Assembly (NCBI GenBank): GCA_002269645.1
Contig: NIVC01000974.1
Span: 124,001-188,000, forward strand
Direction: 5' to 3'
DNA from: Macrostomum lignano
Lineage: Eukaryota
Length of the DNA stretch: 64,000 bases
In this document: positions 1 to 21,434 of the stretch, piece by piece
Layout: every line of letters starts with the position of its first letter
How positions within the stretch are numbered: position 1 is the first letter of the stretch
Notes under the pieces: model-generated
What the model saw: the letters and a program-made list of their open reading frames with translations, nothing else
The model's database searches: none
What the model was told of the DNA's origin: nothing
Program-made: the position numbers and the translations under genes

Positions 1-1590
1 AAAGCCTCGAGCCCAGCACCCGTCTCAACTGCAGAATAGGGCGATCTTCAGAGTGTCGGTGGCGAGTCGGCAATTGAAGATGGAGCGAAGGTGGGAGGAC
101 CCGCCACGCCAGCTGCTTGCGGTTTGTTGACAATGACATCCGGGTCAGTGACCATGCAGGACGCCCACAGATACTTGAACGTGTTGCCGTCAGGTAGAAG
201 CAGCGGAAGAGAGATCGGAGGCAATGGCAACATGCAGCACATCTGTCGATCTTGCCGCAGTTGATGTGGAGCCCTACGCGCTTTCCCTCGTCAACCAGCC
301 GACTCACCGCCCTCTGCGCAGCTAAATTTGGGGTTCCAGCAGATCGCACCAGGGGGTCATCGGCATAGGCGAGGCAGGTAAGCTTCACGCAGGGATCGTG
401 GAAGCTACGGCGAGGCACCACTTCATATAGCGGTCTTCGTCGCACAGAGCCTGCAGCGGCATGACGTAGTCGATCAGGATGGCAAATAGAAATGGGAATA
501 AGGTGTCACCTTGCAGAACCCCGGAGATGGAAGCAAATTCAGTTGTATGTAGGGCCGTGGTCAGTCTGGAAAAAAGCCTTGGACGAGCTGTAGAGGTCCA
601 TGATCGTCTGTACCAGCAGCTGAGGAACTCCATGCTGCTGAAGAAGCCAGGTAATGCCATGACGGAGTCAAAAGCCTAGCAGAGATCTACAAAGAAAATT
701 GGCACTGCCTTTTGGCGAGTCTCGCAGGTGTCCATGATGCATCGGATCGCAGCGACTTGTTCTGCTGTTGACCGTCCAGGTCGGAAGCAACTCTGGATGT
801 TGAGAAGCCGCTGGTTGAAGATGAGCTGAATGCGGCTTCGAAAAAAATAGTTTTGAGGACTTTGGCCAGAGTTCATTCCAGGGAAATGCCACGCAAGTTG
901 TCGAGGCCTATGTCGCTCTTTGCTCTGGGGCACTAGCGTTTGAGTCCCCACACAGGCAGCTGGAGCGGTTGAGAATTCCGGTGATGACAGGCAGCAGCTC
1001 GGGCATCTTCAGGACACGCGGTGGGATTTAGTCGATTCCCGAGACCGCATGGTCCTTAAGGCCTTGGAAACTTCATCCATATAGAGATCGGGGCGCAGTT
1101 GAAGTCGGATGGGCAGGCGAGCGGGCAAAGAGCAACGCTGGGAGCTGGGGCATTGTGCACAACATGGAAGTGGCCCGCAATCAGCTGTAGGCGGTGCACG
1201 ATGGAATCAGCGCTGATTGATAGCATTCGGTGTGGCTCGCCGTCCCGTGAGGCGGTTTATGGTGCGCCAGGCCGCAGCATGACGGCAGTTGTCAGTAGCA
1301 GCTTGGATCTCCATCACAGCTTCTTAGGTGGACAGCTCAGCAGCTTGGATGTGAGCGGCTTGCAGCGCCTGTGCCTCAGCCGCGGTGGAGGCAGCAATGC
1401 TGGCAGTGCCATGCCGGGCAACTGCGGCCTGCATGTCTTGACGGGCTCTGATAACATCCGGGTGAGAGATCTCAAGTGTGCGCCCGATTGCTGCGGTTGC
1501 CTCTTGGAGCACCGGTCTGACGCAGAGCTTCCAGCAACAGCTCCCAGAAGTTGGCTAGGAGTGATAACTTCGTCAACCAAGAGTTGCATG
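1..1590 (-). mobile_element. Decayed non-LTR retrotransposon (LINE) ORF2/reverse transcriptase fragment; continues past the left edge
   Basis: RT motifs in order on the minus strand across several frames: QSCFRPGRSTAEQVAAIRCIMD...IFFVDLC (676-951), SGVLQGDTLFPFLFAILIDYVM (385-660), KLTCLAYADD (~358-387). Frameshifts and stops throughout. Confidence 0.85.
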
Positions 1591-1784
1591 TTTCGACTGG
1601 TAAGTCAAAAGTATGAAGGCAGCAAAAAAGATAACCGGATAATTTTAAGAGATCTTTTCGAATTAGTTCAGTCTTAAAGTATTGTGTGTTTTCATTGCAT
1701 GGAAGCAGATGGCAAGGATTTCCACGTTCGAAAATTGTCAGTTTAACAACTGAACGTTTTACATGTACTGGTTTTAACCTACTT

Positions 1785-2350
1785 CGGCGAAAGAATTTTC
1801 GGCGAAAGTCAATAACGGCGAAAAATACTTTCGCAATGACCATTTCGTCTAAAGCTGACCATTTCGGCGAAAATTTTATTCCAAGCTTCGCTGAAGAGTT
1901 TTTTGTTTTAGAAGAAAGTTAAAAAGAAAAACGACGAACTTTAAAAAAGACTAATTTTATCGTGACATGTTTTTGTTTTGCCGCAGTTTAATTTATTGAT
2001 AGTTGTTTTATTAGATGCCCTTCCGTTACGGCGGAATTTCAAAGTACGATTTTAGGAGCCTGGATAGTCTGAAAAACCACACCGTCATCATCCCTAATCT
2101 ATCAACTGCATATCGATAGATCGCATGTACAGTCATGAGTTTTTAAATTTTCTAACTGCAAATAATTTGCAGCAATGAACAATGTATTTAAAGCTTCAAT
2201 CACCAAAGTGGTATATTTGCAATATATACGTAGCCAATCTTTTCGCCGAACTGGCACTTTCTTTCGCCGAAATGTACATCTATTGAAACTTAAAATTCAC
2301 TTTCGCCGAAGCGTCTTTCGCCGAAAATTCCTTCGCCGAAATGGGCTGCA
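1785..2350. mobile_element. Probable non-autonomous DNA transposon (MITE/foldback-like) with inverted subterminal motif clusters
   Basis: Cluster of TTCGGCGAAA motifs at ~1785-1875 mirrored by TTTCGCCGAA motifs at ~2240-2345, around an AT-rich core. Termini and TSD not resolved. Confidence 0.5.
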
Positions 2351-3775
2351 CCCGTTTTACTTGGGGACTTTGTGCACAACCTGAGTCTGCTACCGAATGG
2401 TCCTCATTCTGGCTAGTAGCTTGTAGCGTTTTCTCAATGCTCACAAAGCGGCGCTAATTTGATCCGCGCAAATTTCTCACAGCCCTGAGTGACTTGACAT
2501 CTTTCGAACTGTTCATTGTTAACTGTGCTAACCGGTAAATACAGTTACGATGCTCCATTTTGAGCGCTTTGACTTTTCACTTTTATGTCAAATTAAAACA
2601 TCTTATTGATGTCTCGAAAAGTGTAGAATAAAGGAAGGTTTTAATGTAATTTCTTCTTCCATATGTTGCATGTCCATGTACAAACAATTTCGAAATTCTT
2701 AACAATTGGTCCGGCGCGTTATAGTTTTTTAATAAAAAAATAAAACAAACTTCATTCGACGATACTCGTACAAACAGTGTATTGTGCTAGTGAGCACTTC
2801 TCTAGGTTCATGCGTTTCACATCTTGCAGGTGTTACAAAGCAAACCAAATATAATTAAAAGCCAGTGCACGATCTTGTCAGGCAACTGCGACATCATCCT
2901 CTTTCGTCTCCCACCCCCCGCTAGCTGTCAATACAGTCGCGAGCTTTGACTGGGAAACTTGAGTTGCGGTGGTCGGCCTGCAAATTACAGAGAATCTTCT
3001 GAGAGTCCTTCGCTGCGGAGTCTACTCAACTATAATACTCTTATCGCCGTGAGGAATTAGTCAAAAGAGCTAAACATACAGTGGCTATAGTATAATAGGG
3101 CAGGAAGCCGACAACAGCAAGGATATGGAAACAGGATACAGAGCAGCTGCCGTAGGAAGAAACAAGCAGCGCGGCAAAAATAAAGGGAAAGAGCTGCTGG
3201 ATAGCAACTACCTGTAGAGTCGGCCGGGGATGCGACGCTAAAAGAACTGATGATCATCGCAGCAGCCCATGCACGGCACGCGAGCCATGCTGAGTCCGCG
3301 CTTCTCAACCTATTATATCCTATAGCCTAAAGCTCGGCTGCAGAGTAAAAATTGCATGCGTTTGATCTTGCAAATATGAGATTGCTTTGCGCTCTTTTTC
3401 TCAGCTAAAAATAGAAAGCTTTCTTGCTGCGCCTTGCGCGTTACAACCTGCAGAGGTGGCGGGCAGATGCGGAACTTCACTTAACTGAGCTCAAGAATAG
3501 GCAGCTTTCTAATTGTCCCAAAGTGACTCGGAACCGCCCAACAAATCGCAGACATCCAACCTTCGGCGGCGAAGAATAGACGATAATTTTGGCTGGCTAT
3601 TTTGACGAATTCTGCGCACAGGCCACGCAGCCGGCTGGTGGCATCAATAATGCTTTCGGCATTAATTCAATATGGATTTGTTTAAATAAGGAAAGCTCAA
3701 AGACGTATACATGTACTCGTAAGCTTAAACATTTGACTGGCAACAGGCTGCTGAGACTCGGGCTCCCTTTCCATG

Positions 3776-4100
3776 CCTCCCTCTCCGTACCTCCCTCTCC
3801 GTACCTCCCTCTCCGTACCTCCCTCTCCGTACCTTCCTCTCCGTACCTCCCTCTCCGTACCTCCCTCTCTGTACCTCCCTCTCCGCACTTCCCTCTCCGT
3901 ACCTCCCTCTCCGTACCTCCCTCTCCGTACCTCCCTCTCCGTACCTTCCTCTCCGTACCTCCCTCTCCGCACCTCCCTCTCCGTACCTCCCTCTCCGCAC
4001 CTCCCTCTCCGTACCTCCCTCTCCGCACCTCCCTCTCCGCACCTCCCTCTCCGTACCTCCCTCTCCGTACCTCCCTCTCCATACCTCCCTCTCCGCACCT
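3776..4100. repeat. 14-bp minisatellite (CCTCCCTCTCCGTA)n
   Basis: Directly visible tandem units; accounts for the overlapping low-complexity ORFs at 3589-4213. Confidence 0.95.
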
Positions 4101-4699
4101 GCTCCCAGTCCGGCAATCGGGATGAAAAGCATAGCTGCCAACCGGATGTTTTTCTTCCGCGATTTTCATGGCTCTCGAATTTCTGCACTGCCTCTCATGG
4201 CATGCTTCGCTGATGTGGGCATCTGATCGAAAATCAGCTAAAGTCAGTAAAAATTTAATCTAACCATTTATTATACACATGCATTGACGAAATAAGAGAA
4301 ACATTAATTTAAGCTTAGCAAGTATGAAATGGCAAAGGTAGTAATTAGAATAGACAGTCGGCGGTCATTTCATCCATCAGAGCCTTCTGTTTGCTGTTCT
4401 AAAGGCTGTGAACTGCTAGTGTCCTTTTTGTAGGTTAAAATATGTCGGATACAGCAGAAGCCGTGCATGGTCAGAAGTCCTTGGCAGCTGGTTATTAAAT
4501 ATTTACGCATATCGCCTGTAGCACCAAGACCCACGTGGCTTACTAAGGTCCTTAAATACTTTGTAATTTCTCAAAGCCTATCATCTGACATGTGCCTATA
4601 TAGTTGTTTAGTGTATTCAAAACCGATGCCCGATTTCTGTGGCAGTAAAAGTACTGCTCCAGCTCAGCCCTTATAAAACTTTCATCATTGTCTCTGCCC

Positions 4700-5234
4700 T
4701 GAGAATCGCCTCTGATCCGCCCCCCCCGTCTACCACTGAGAATCGCCTCTGATCCGCTCCCTCCGTCTACCACTGAGAATCGCCTCTGATCCGCCTCCGT
4801 CTACCACTGAGAATCGCATCTGATCCGCCCCCCCCCCCGTCCACCAATGAGAATCGCCTCTGATCCGCCCCCGTCTACCACTGAGAATCGCCTCTGATCC
4901 GCCCCGTCTACCACTGAGAATCGCCTCTGATCCGCCCCGTCTACCACTGAGAATCGCCTCTGATCCGCCCCCGTCTACCACTGATCCGCCCCCGTCTACC
5001 ACTGATCCGCCCCGTCTACCACTGATCCGCCCCCGTCTACCACTGATCCGCCCCGTCTACCACTGATCCGCCCCCATCTACCACTGATCCGCCCCCATCT
5101 ACCACTGATCCGCCCCCATCTACCACTGATCTGCCCCCGTCTACCACTGATCTGCCCCCGTCTACCACTGATCTGCCCCCGTCTACCACTGATCCGCCCC
5201 GTCTACCACTGAGAATCGCCTCTGATCCGCCCCA
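4700..5234. repeat. Minisatellite with long (~33-35 bp, CTACCACTGAGAATCGCCTCTGATCCGCCCCCGT) and short (~20-21 bp, CTACCACTGATCCGCCCCCGT) units
   Basis: Visible tandem units; the short unit is an internal deletion of the long one. Confidence 0.95.
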
Positions 5235-5715
5235 GTGGTCAATACGCATGCACTTAGATACAAAGTACTCTAGACGGCCCGATTTAAAGCCAAAAAAATT
5301 CATTCATCATGCTCAACAGTTTGACAGAGACAATTGAGTTTTCTGCTGTTTATTTGATTTCAGTTCCGAGCAGCTAGAACAGCCGAACTCTTCTAGAAAG
5401 AAGAATCAGGAAAAAAGCGCCTAGGGAGTCCAGAATCCAGAAGAATTTAGCAGCAAGATTTTACAAAATAAAACTTGGTCTCCTTTTTTGCATTGTCGAT
5501 GACAGCTGACGAGTAACTACTTATGTGGGTGAATCGCTTATAAAAGCAGAAAGTACGCGGCAAACTGAAAACAACAGTGTTTATTGGTAGTAATGAAAAT
5601 TACATATTTCATATATTATATTCATACCATTCTATATTCATACTCTAAGAGAAGTAGCGTGCTCCGAATGCTTCAGCGACGGCTTTGTCCATACTGTTAG
5701 GTTTGTGACAGCAAA

Positions 5716-6128
5716 GGGCGAGTGAGGACACAGCAAGAGGGCGAGTGAGGACACTACTCAGAGTGAGGACACAGTAAGAGGGCGAGTGAGGACACAGCAA
5801 GAGGGCTAGTGAGGACACAGCAAGAGGGCTAGTGAGGACACAGCAAGAGGGCGAGTGAGGACACTACTCAGAGTGACGACACAGTACTCAGAGTGAGGAC
5901 ACAGTACTCAGAGTGAGGACACAGTACTCAGAGTGAGGACACAGTACTCAGAGTGAGGACACAGTACTCAGAGTGAGGACACAGTACTCAGAGTGAGGAC
6001 ACAGTACTCAGAGTGAGGGCACAGTAAGAGGGCCAGTGAGGACACAGTGCTCAGAGTGAGGACACAGCAGAGGGCGAGTGAGGACACAGCAAGAGGGCGA
6101 GTGAGGACACAGCAGAGGGCGAGTGAGA
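5716..6128. repeat. Minisatellite of 20-23 bp units built on GAGTGAGGACACAG
   Basis: Visible units GAGTGAGGACACAGTACTCA and GAGTGAGGACACAGCAAGAGGGC. Confidence 0.9.
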
Positions 6129-6698
6129 ACTGAGGATGAGGCTCAACAAGAACACGTGGGTGAGTTTGAACAGAAAGTGCTGAGCTGCCAGGGCTCATTC
6201 TGACTGCAAGCCGGGCACGCAGGGTTAAAAAAGACAAATGACAAGCAAGCGGACATGCAGGGTTAGTCAGACCAACAAACATGCGTAAGTTTTTTATCCA
6301 AAATTTAGGAATGAGTTAGAAACCTATTTTGCACTTATTTGCGAAAAAATTGGTTAATTAATCAAATAGTAAAGACTGGCTGTAGGAGGGGTAGCATTAT
6401 AGTGTATAGCTTTGATCCTTACAGGTACGAAATTCGCGTGAATAGATAGATATTCAGGTAAATAATGTCAATATCAATCTAACTGCTTCTTATGCTGATG
6501 AGCTAATTAGTAATTATTCATAGGGGTCACTGGGCATGGGGGCGTTTAGTTCTCCAGCATTCACCCGGTATCTGATATCCGCAGGTATCTCAGGGGTGAA
6601 TGGTAGAATGAAGATTTGTACTTTTTTATCAATTTCCCCTACTAATTTCCGGCTGCAGTGTCTGCTTTGTCTAAGAGACTACAAAACTGATTGACCAT

Positions 6699-7352
6699 GG
6701 TTCGGGCTGTCAGTAGAATACCCCTCAGTCGGGTTCGGGCTGTCAGTAGAATACCCCTCAGTCAGGTTCGGGCTGTCAGTAGAATACCCCTCAGTCAGGT
6801 TCGGGCTGTCAGTAGAATACCCCTCAGTCAGGTTCGGGCTGTCAATAGAATACCCCTCAGTCGGGTTCGGGCTGTCAGTAGAATACCCCTCAGTCAGGTT
6901 CAGGCTGTCAATAGAATACCCCTCAGTCGGGTTCGGGCTGTCAGTAGAATACCCCTCAGTCAGGTTCAGGCTGTCAATAGAATACCCCTCAGTCGGGTTC
7001 GGGCTGTCAGTAGAATACCCCTCAGTCAGGTTCGGGCTGTCAGTAGAATACCCTTTCAGTCGGGTTCGGGCTGTCAGCAGAATACCCCTCAGTCGGGTTC
7101 GGGCTGTCAGTAGAATACCCCTCAGTCAGGTTCGGGCTGTCGGTAGAATACCCCTCAGTCAGGTTCGGGCTGTCGGTAGAATACCCCTCAGTCAGGTTCG
7201 GGCTGTCAGTAGAATACCCCTCAGTCAGGTTCGGGCTGTCAGTAGAATACCCCTCAGTCAGGTTCGGGCTGTCAGTAGAATACCCCTCAGTCAGGTTCGG
7301 GCTGTCAGTAGAATACCCCTCAGTCAGGTTCGGGCTGTCAGTAGAATACCCC

Positions 7353-7358
<6 letters not shown>
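6699..7358. repeat. 33-bp minisatellite (GGTTCGGGCTGTCAGTAGAATACCCCTCAGTCA)n at the 3' end of the C2 gene
   Basis: About 20 near-identical units; the rightmost unit overlaps the gene's stop codon (7353-7355). Confidence 0.95.
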
Positions 7359-15000
<7,642 letters not shown>

Positions 15001-17656
15001 GATGGCGGCAACTTAGCGAGGTTTGAAGTCATGGATGGCGTTTGAAGCCGGCTAGAGGGAGGCTGCAGCCGTCCTTGTAACCTCATATAGCGATAAGGCC
15101 GCCCGCGCACTGTCGCAGCCTTTCATTGGCTGTCAGCGCCTTTCCCAATTATTCTCAGTTCTATTTCTGCTTTTTCAGCATCGAGCATTTGTTCTTCCGT
15201 TCAGCATGCTGTACTGCATCTAGATGTAGCTCGTAGAGAGCTTTCTCTTCCGGTTGTGGGGTGGTTGGATTTGGGGGATTCTGTCTCTCCAGAGCAGAGC
15301 AGGGAGGCTGGTTGAACTAGCGAGTAGAAAGTGAAATTTTATATAAGGCAGATTTTTGTAAAGTTTCTGCCACGAAAACGGTTGCACAGCCGTTCATGGG
15401 GGGTCGGAATTCTATTACATCTCGGGCCGCGCAAAGATCCAGCTGGAGCCACAGAAAACCAAACCCAGCTTAATGTTGTCACTGCAAAATTATGGGACTG
15501 ACTATTGCAACAAGCGGAAAAGCTCCCACTAGTCTTTTAGTGTTTAGTCTGAATCAGCCACGCTTTGAAGTCAGCGGGAGTTGAAACGAGGTTAAAACAC
15601 ACGGCAGACTGTTTAGAATGTCTATGGTTAAAAGCCTATTGATACAGTGCAAAGCCATTGGCCGGGCACAAAGCGCATTTCACTCCCGCCGAGGCTGTCT
15701 ACGGTAAATCCTCCACTTGGCGCTATTCTAACTGCAACACTACAGAGCCTGCAGCCTGTTGAGGGCCATAACGACCATAAACTATCTAACGCGTGCAATA
15801 TAGCAAAGGGTCAAACGATTGAGTTAAGTGGAACTAAAGTAGGACGCTAACACTCGCAACAAATTGACTATACTCACTTTCTGAACTTTCGATTTTCGAT
15901 TAAAATACTCGTCAATACGCATTTTTCAGAGGTTCGCCATGCTATATTTTTGAAATTCTACCCGAGACCGGCAAGTCAGCAAAGTTTTAGAGAAACTTCA
16001 GCTGTTCCGACCTCTTTTATTGCATTTTTCTAAACGATCGAGCTTTGACTCGGACACAGAAGCAAAAATTATCGGAGAGCAATCCGAATTTGGTAGTTAT
16101 GAATGTTAAATGAGTTGAATATTCAATTCAAATCAGTGCATATGCATAATTACTGTGCTGAGCCAACCCCCATCTGCGTCACTTAAAGTGTCAAGAAAAC
16201 ATCGATTTGTCGCTTGAGTTTTCGCATTTAAAATTCAGTTGACTCAGCTGTCTCACTAACTCAAGCTGAAATTCAGCTCCCAAGCAGACGAAAAATCCCC
16301 GCGGCTGAGGCAAATGAAGCGACAGGCTGCTGGTTCCGTAATTTGTTACTCTCGGTTGCTGCAGGTCTGGCGCTGTCAAAAAATTCTCAGCGAGCACTTT
16401 CTTAGTGACAACACAGCTCACCCAGTTCGCACCGCTTTTGCAACCTTAAAAGCGCTATACACCCTTGCAGCAGCAACCGAAGACCTACACGCTTCCTCAT
16501 CAATAATGCATTCTAGCAATGCGAAAAGCACATTGACGTCTGATTTAGTCTATAGTGCGGTTTCTTCAGACTGTCGCGGGGGACTTTCAAAGGAGAGCAA
16601 TGGGAACTTCATTTAGCCATGCTTTGCTGCAGGTCGGGCACTGTTTGAAATAAACCTTGCAACCATGAGTATCGAGCGCTCCCATTAAGGTATACTATTC
16701 TTTCTGCTAACTAAACATTTATGAATAACCACGTGATGTCTCTCTGGCATTTTAAGCTAGCAAAGCTTAATATCAGTGGCAGCCTCGGCTAAATGCTGCT
16801 GATTTCAAAATCAGGATGGCGATTCCAGCAAAAATGACACTCCGTTGCTTACAATAACTGCCTGTCTATCGCCAGTTTCGCTAAGCCAGTTTTAATTAAA
16901 CCCAGAATTATAGTATAGTGCACAGTGTATGCCTGCATACTACTATCAGTAGAATTAGCAGGAAAAAGCATTGAATCCGGAAATTTCACGTCGCAAAAAC
17001 AAAAGGCGATGTGAATTTTGGTCTTGTCAAAGCACCCCCGTCAGTCGTTTGGGAAAAAGGTGCTAGCTGGCCCTTCTCGTGAATACTTTATGTTATGGTG
17101 CCCAGCTACCACGAGGACCTGTGGCTATATACACAGAGGACCTGATTTTCTCAGGGCGAATGGTTGTACGATCACATGGGTGACTGTCGCAGAGGCGCTG
17201 GATGAAGCAGCTTTATGGATGCGACATTCTACATGCACACTGCACGCCGCCTCCAAGATCCCCCACGCCATGCACCTACATGTACGTACCGTACCTAATC
17301 GACCCGGTGCTATACTTGGTTACTTTGATGCGACTTGTGGCAACTTTAACAAGTCGTGTGCACTAAGGCCTGCCTATTACCTAAGCCGGTACAAGAGGAT
17401 TCCCAGCCTGCTCCTCAACTTGCAGGGCAACAGAGACCCGGAGTTGGCGAGTGGACTCTTAGGTCCATTCGCTGTGAATTATTGTGTTGAATTTGCACCT
17501 ATAAGCCTAAGCCGCACCTTCTGATGGGGACTGCATGGCAACCAACGCTGTTTTGATGTGGTGATTGAGATCGTCCCGAGATCGATCCTACGATTTTGAG
17601 ACTCTGGCAGATTTTGTGCAAATTCAGTGAGGCGCACATTCGAGCTAAACAACGCT

Positions 17657-18515
17657 TTTCCTGCCGAGATTTGCCCGCCGAGCTTTTCCCGCCGAGCTTT
17701 TCCCGCCGAGATTTTCCCGCAGTGCATTTTGCCCGCGAGTGAATTTGCCCGCCGAACTTTTCCCGCAGTGCATTTTGCCCGCGAGTGAATTGCCCACCGA
17801 GCTTTTCCCGCCGAGATTTTCCCGCAGTGCATTTTGCCCGCGAGTGAATTGCCCGCCGAGCTTTCTCCCGCCGAGCTTTTCCCGCCGAGCTTTTCCCGCC
17901 GAGCTTTTCCCGCCGAGCTTTTCCCGCCGAGCTTTTCCCGCCGAGCTTTTCCCGCCGAGCTTTTCCCGCCGAGCTTTTCCCACCGAGCTTTTCCCGCCGA
18001 GCTTTTCCCGCCGAGCTTTTCCCGCCGAGCTTTCTCCCGCCGAGCTTTTCCCGCCGAGCTTTTCCCGCCGAGCTTTCTCCCGCCGAGCTTTCTCCCGCCG
18101 AGCTTTTCCCGCCGAGCTTTTCCCGCCGAGCTTTTCCCGCAGTGCATTTTGCCCGCGAGTGAATTGCCCGCCGAGCTTTCTCCCGCCGAGCTTTCTCCCG
18201 CCGAGCTTTCTCCCGCCGAGCTTTTCCCGCCGAGCTTTTCCCGCCGAGCTTTTCCCGCCGAGCTTTTCCCGCCGAGCTTTCTCCCGCCGAGCTTTTCCCG
18301 CCGAGCTTTTCCCGCCGAGCTTTTCCCGCAGTGCATTTTGCCCGCGAGTGAATTGCCCGCCGAGCTTTCTCCCGCCGAGCTTTCTCCCGCCGAGCTTTCT
18401 CCCGCCGAGCTTTTCCCGCCGAGCTTTTCCCGCCGAGCTTTTCCCGCCGAGCTTTTCCCGCCGAGCTTTTCCTGCCGAGCTTTTCCCGCCGAGCTTTTCC
18501 CGCCGAGCTTTGCCC
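17657..18515. repeat. Compound minisatellite: 14/15-bp (TTTTCCCGCCGAGC) units interspersed with a longer AGTGCATTTTGCCCGCGAGTGAATTGCCCGCC unit
   Basis: Visible tandem structure; ORFs in all frames are repeat translations. Confidence 0.95.
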
Positions 18516-21434
18516 GCAATGTTTTTTTCCTGAAGCGTATTTAGCAACGCGGCAGATTTTGTCTGCGTTTCCTCTCAATGTCAAGAGAATTAGGGGACAA
18601 AGCGACATGATATATGCATGAATTAACAGCTCACAGATGTACCCCTGCATGTATAGAGAAATGAAAACCTACAAGAAAATATGCATTTGATTTGCAGTTA
18701 CTATCGAAACGTTTTGATCGGGTAAATCTCTTCATTGAGATTTACTGAGCAATGAGGGCAAACCTCGGCGGGCTGATCTCGGCGGGAAAAACTCGTGCTC
18801 CTTGGGCCCTTGGGGGAGGTGTTGCGCAACGCGATTCGCACATTTAAAAAGGCCGTCCAAGACATCAGACATGAGCCCCATCGAAAATGTCTCATGGGGG
18901 ACTTCGTAAAGCAAGGAGTTCAGTAGGGTGCCCCGCAGAATGCTGAACAGTTGCGTTGCGACAGGCAGCTGCCCCTGAGAGTTCATCAACCTGCTGGTGA
19001 CCGGCGAGTGACGGCACACGATACTGAAGCTAGCATTAAAGACATTTGCTTAGCTTTTGTGCCAGCGTCAGTTGGGTGGGGGGGTTGACTGTTGCGTGTT
19101 GCTGTCGAGTATATGGTTAATGCAGTTAGATATTGGATGTACAAGGACTATAAAATATATATTACATATTAGCGTCAAATCCCAAGCTTTTTCGTCACCC
19201 AAGTATTGAACAATTTAAGTGACTTGGGTGTATACCTGCACTTTGGCTGCATTTCTCAACATTCCTCAGTTTGCGGAGTCCAAACTGAAACAGCCCCGGG
19301 GGGGGGGGGCACAGCATGCGTCACTGCGAGTCACTCATTGCTTCACGCAAACGCAATCGCAGCGTCTGTAGTAGTATGCACTGAACAGACAGTTTGTGAC
19401 GCTAAATTCTAAAAATAGTGTATGTACAAATGTACGCTCCCATGTTTTGTACCGTACAGTGCATTGGCAACAAATCTTGCTTCTTCTGTGCTAGAAAAGA
19501 AAGCAGAAATTTGTGTAGGTACGGCCAAGCTGTCGAGTGACAGTTTAGTTCAATGAAAATTGGCTTTGCCTGTTTATCAGTGTACACTGTGTGAGTTCAG
19601 TCCTAGCTGAGGCCAGGCTCAAGGCTCTCTTGTTGCTAAGGCCCTGCCAGGGGTGGGGGGGCTTGCCGTTCTCATGTCTTTGAGAAAAAACCTTAGAAAT
19701 AGGGGTGGTTCAGTGAGAAACACTCTCGTAAAAAATGATACAACGATAATTATTGAACTTATAAGTGAAGTTTCAGAATCTTTTTTTGCTGAATCATTAT
19801 TGATTAACTAATTCGATTCGAATTGCATCAGTCAAATAGGGATAATAAAATATTGATTGGATCGGATGGGGGGCGCCCTCGGGAAGCGCCATGGTGGGGG
19901 CGCCAGCACCAGAGGCGCCACAGCTGTTGTGAAGGGGCACCATAGTTTTTGTTTTTGCCAGCCTATTGGTAGGGGGGCAGCCCGTCTTCAACCTTGGACA
20001 CGCCATTGGCAGTGAATTGATAGAAATTTAGCAGAAACGGAGTCAGTAGTTATAGAAATAACTACTGTAGAAATCAGTAGTTATTTCTACTGCTAGGGCG
20101 ATCTGGATATCAACAGAGGAGAGAAACTCGAAAAACTGCTTTCTTTTACTTAAAAAATCTTTTTAAAAGTCGTGACTGAGAATACAACTGAACAATCCTT
20201 ACATTTTTTTAGTCGGCACTATTTTTTGTACCACCCTAGGATGAATTGCACAATGTTGCATTGAATTGAATGAACTCACTGATGAAACACGTTGCAAGCA
20301 GTGTGTCACTCTGGAGGGAGTGGCAGGGTGGGCGGGCTACAGGGGGGAGAGATTTAGGCAGACAAGGAGAGAAACTGAGAAAAGTACACTGAAGAGTTTG
20401 TGCGGCTGCTATTGATCGCCACAGCGTACACAGGGGGGTCCACTGTACACCGATTTAATTCAAGAATGTGGGGTTGGCGTTTCCACAGCCCTATTTATCT
20501 CGGCAAGCCCTCATACGTAGCGCCCGCCTTTCAGTGAACCCTCAAGCCGTTAGCGCTAAAGGTTTGGCTCAGTTGGCCTACACTCTACATTAAGTTTTAG
20601 GTGAGTTTATTTTTGCGCGGAGTCTCCATAATAACATTTACATACCAAGTAATATATTTCAGTTTCTGATTCTGTCTAAGCTGCCTACTTAGTATCGTGT
20701 ACTACTTTCGTATACTTTGAAATTGAACTATTAACCCTGCTTCACAGTTTAACCCTGTGAAGCAGAAATAGTGAAACAGTAGTTTCGAAAGAAGTACATT
20801 TCACGTGGGGGCCGTGGGCCGTGGGGGTGTCTTAGTAATTAATATACTATTAATAATATTCGTCTTTTTGGTAAGAAAAGCGTGTTTAATACTTCGAATT
20901 TCAGTTCAGTGACGCTTAGCTTCGTCAAAAGTAAGTTACACAAGTTCTACATATACGAAGTATAATGCTTCTAGGCCTTGTGGGCTATTGGCACTTTTTC
21001 ACTGCATGTACTACTCTTAGTACGCAGATTTTGCACAAATTTTTACAATATCGCCTTGGTTGGGGTATTCACCCAGCCATCAAATATTATCATTAGACAT
21101 TATTAGCGAGTGCTGGTTTTTTAATTTATTTTTTTGTCTCACCTGTTTCTTGATTCGCATACTTTCCGTCCGTAGCAACCCGTGCTAAAATTTTATTTGC
21201 ACAATTCCAGTTATAACGTTTATTGAAAATCGAAATACGAGCTTTTTTGTTATTTTTCACTTACTCAATTGATTTAATTCCGGAAATTTTCTGATCTGAA
21301 TTTGTTTATGAATATACACTCGTACGTTACGAGTAGTTAGCATCGTCTCTGCTCCCGATTTTTACATAAATCCCAAAACGGATTTTTAAATAGTTAACCA
21401 ACTGCCTGTCCGTGCAATTTCAGTTTAAAGAATA

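Noticed and set aside
2950-3760. Coding-like fragments possibly from a recombinase or transposase
   Set aside because: Multiple stops and no motif I can identify with confidence; needs tBLASTn/HHpred.
3589-4213. Long overlapping ORFs on both strands
   Set aside because: Translations of a 14-bp minisatellite.
17479-18650. 300-380 aa Lys/Arg/Gly-rich ORFs
   Set aside because: Repeat artefacts open in several frames on both strands.
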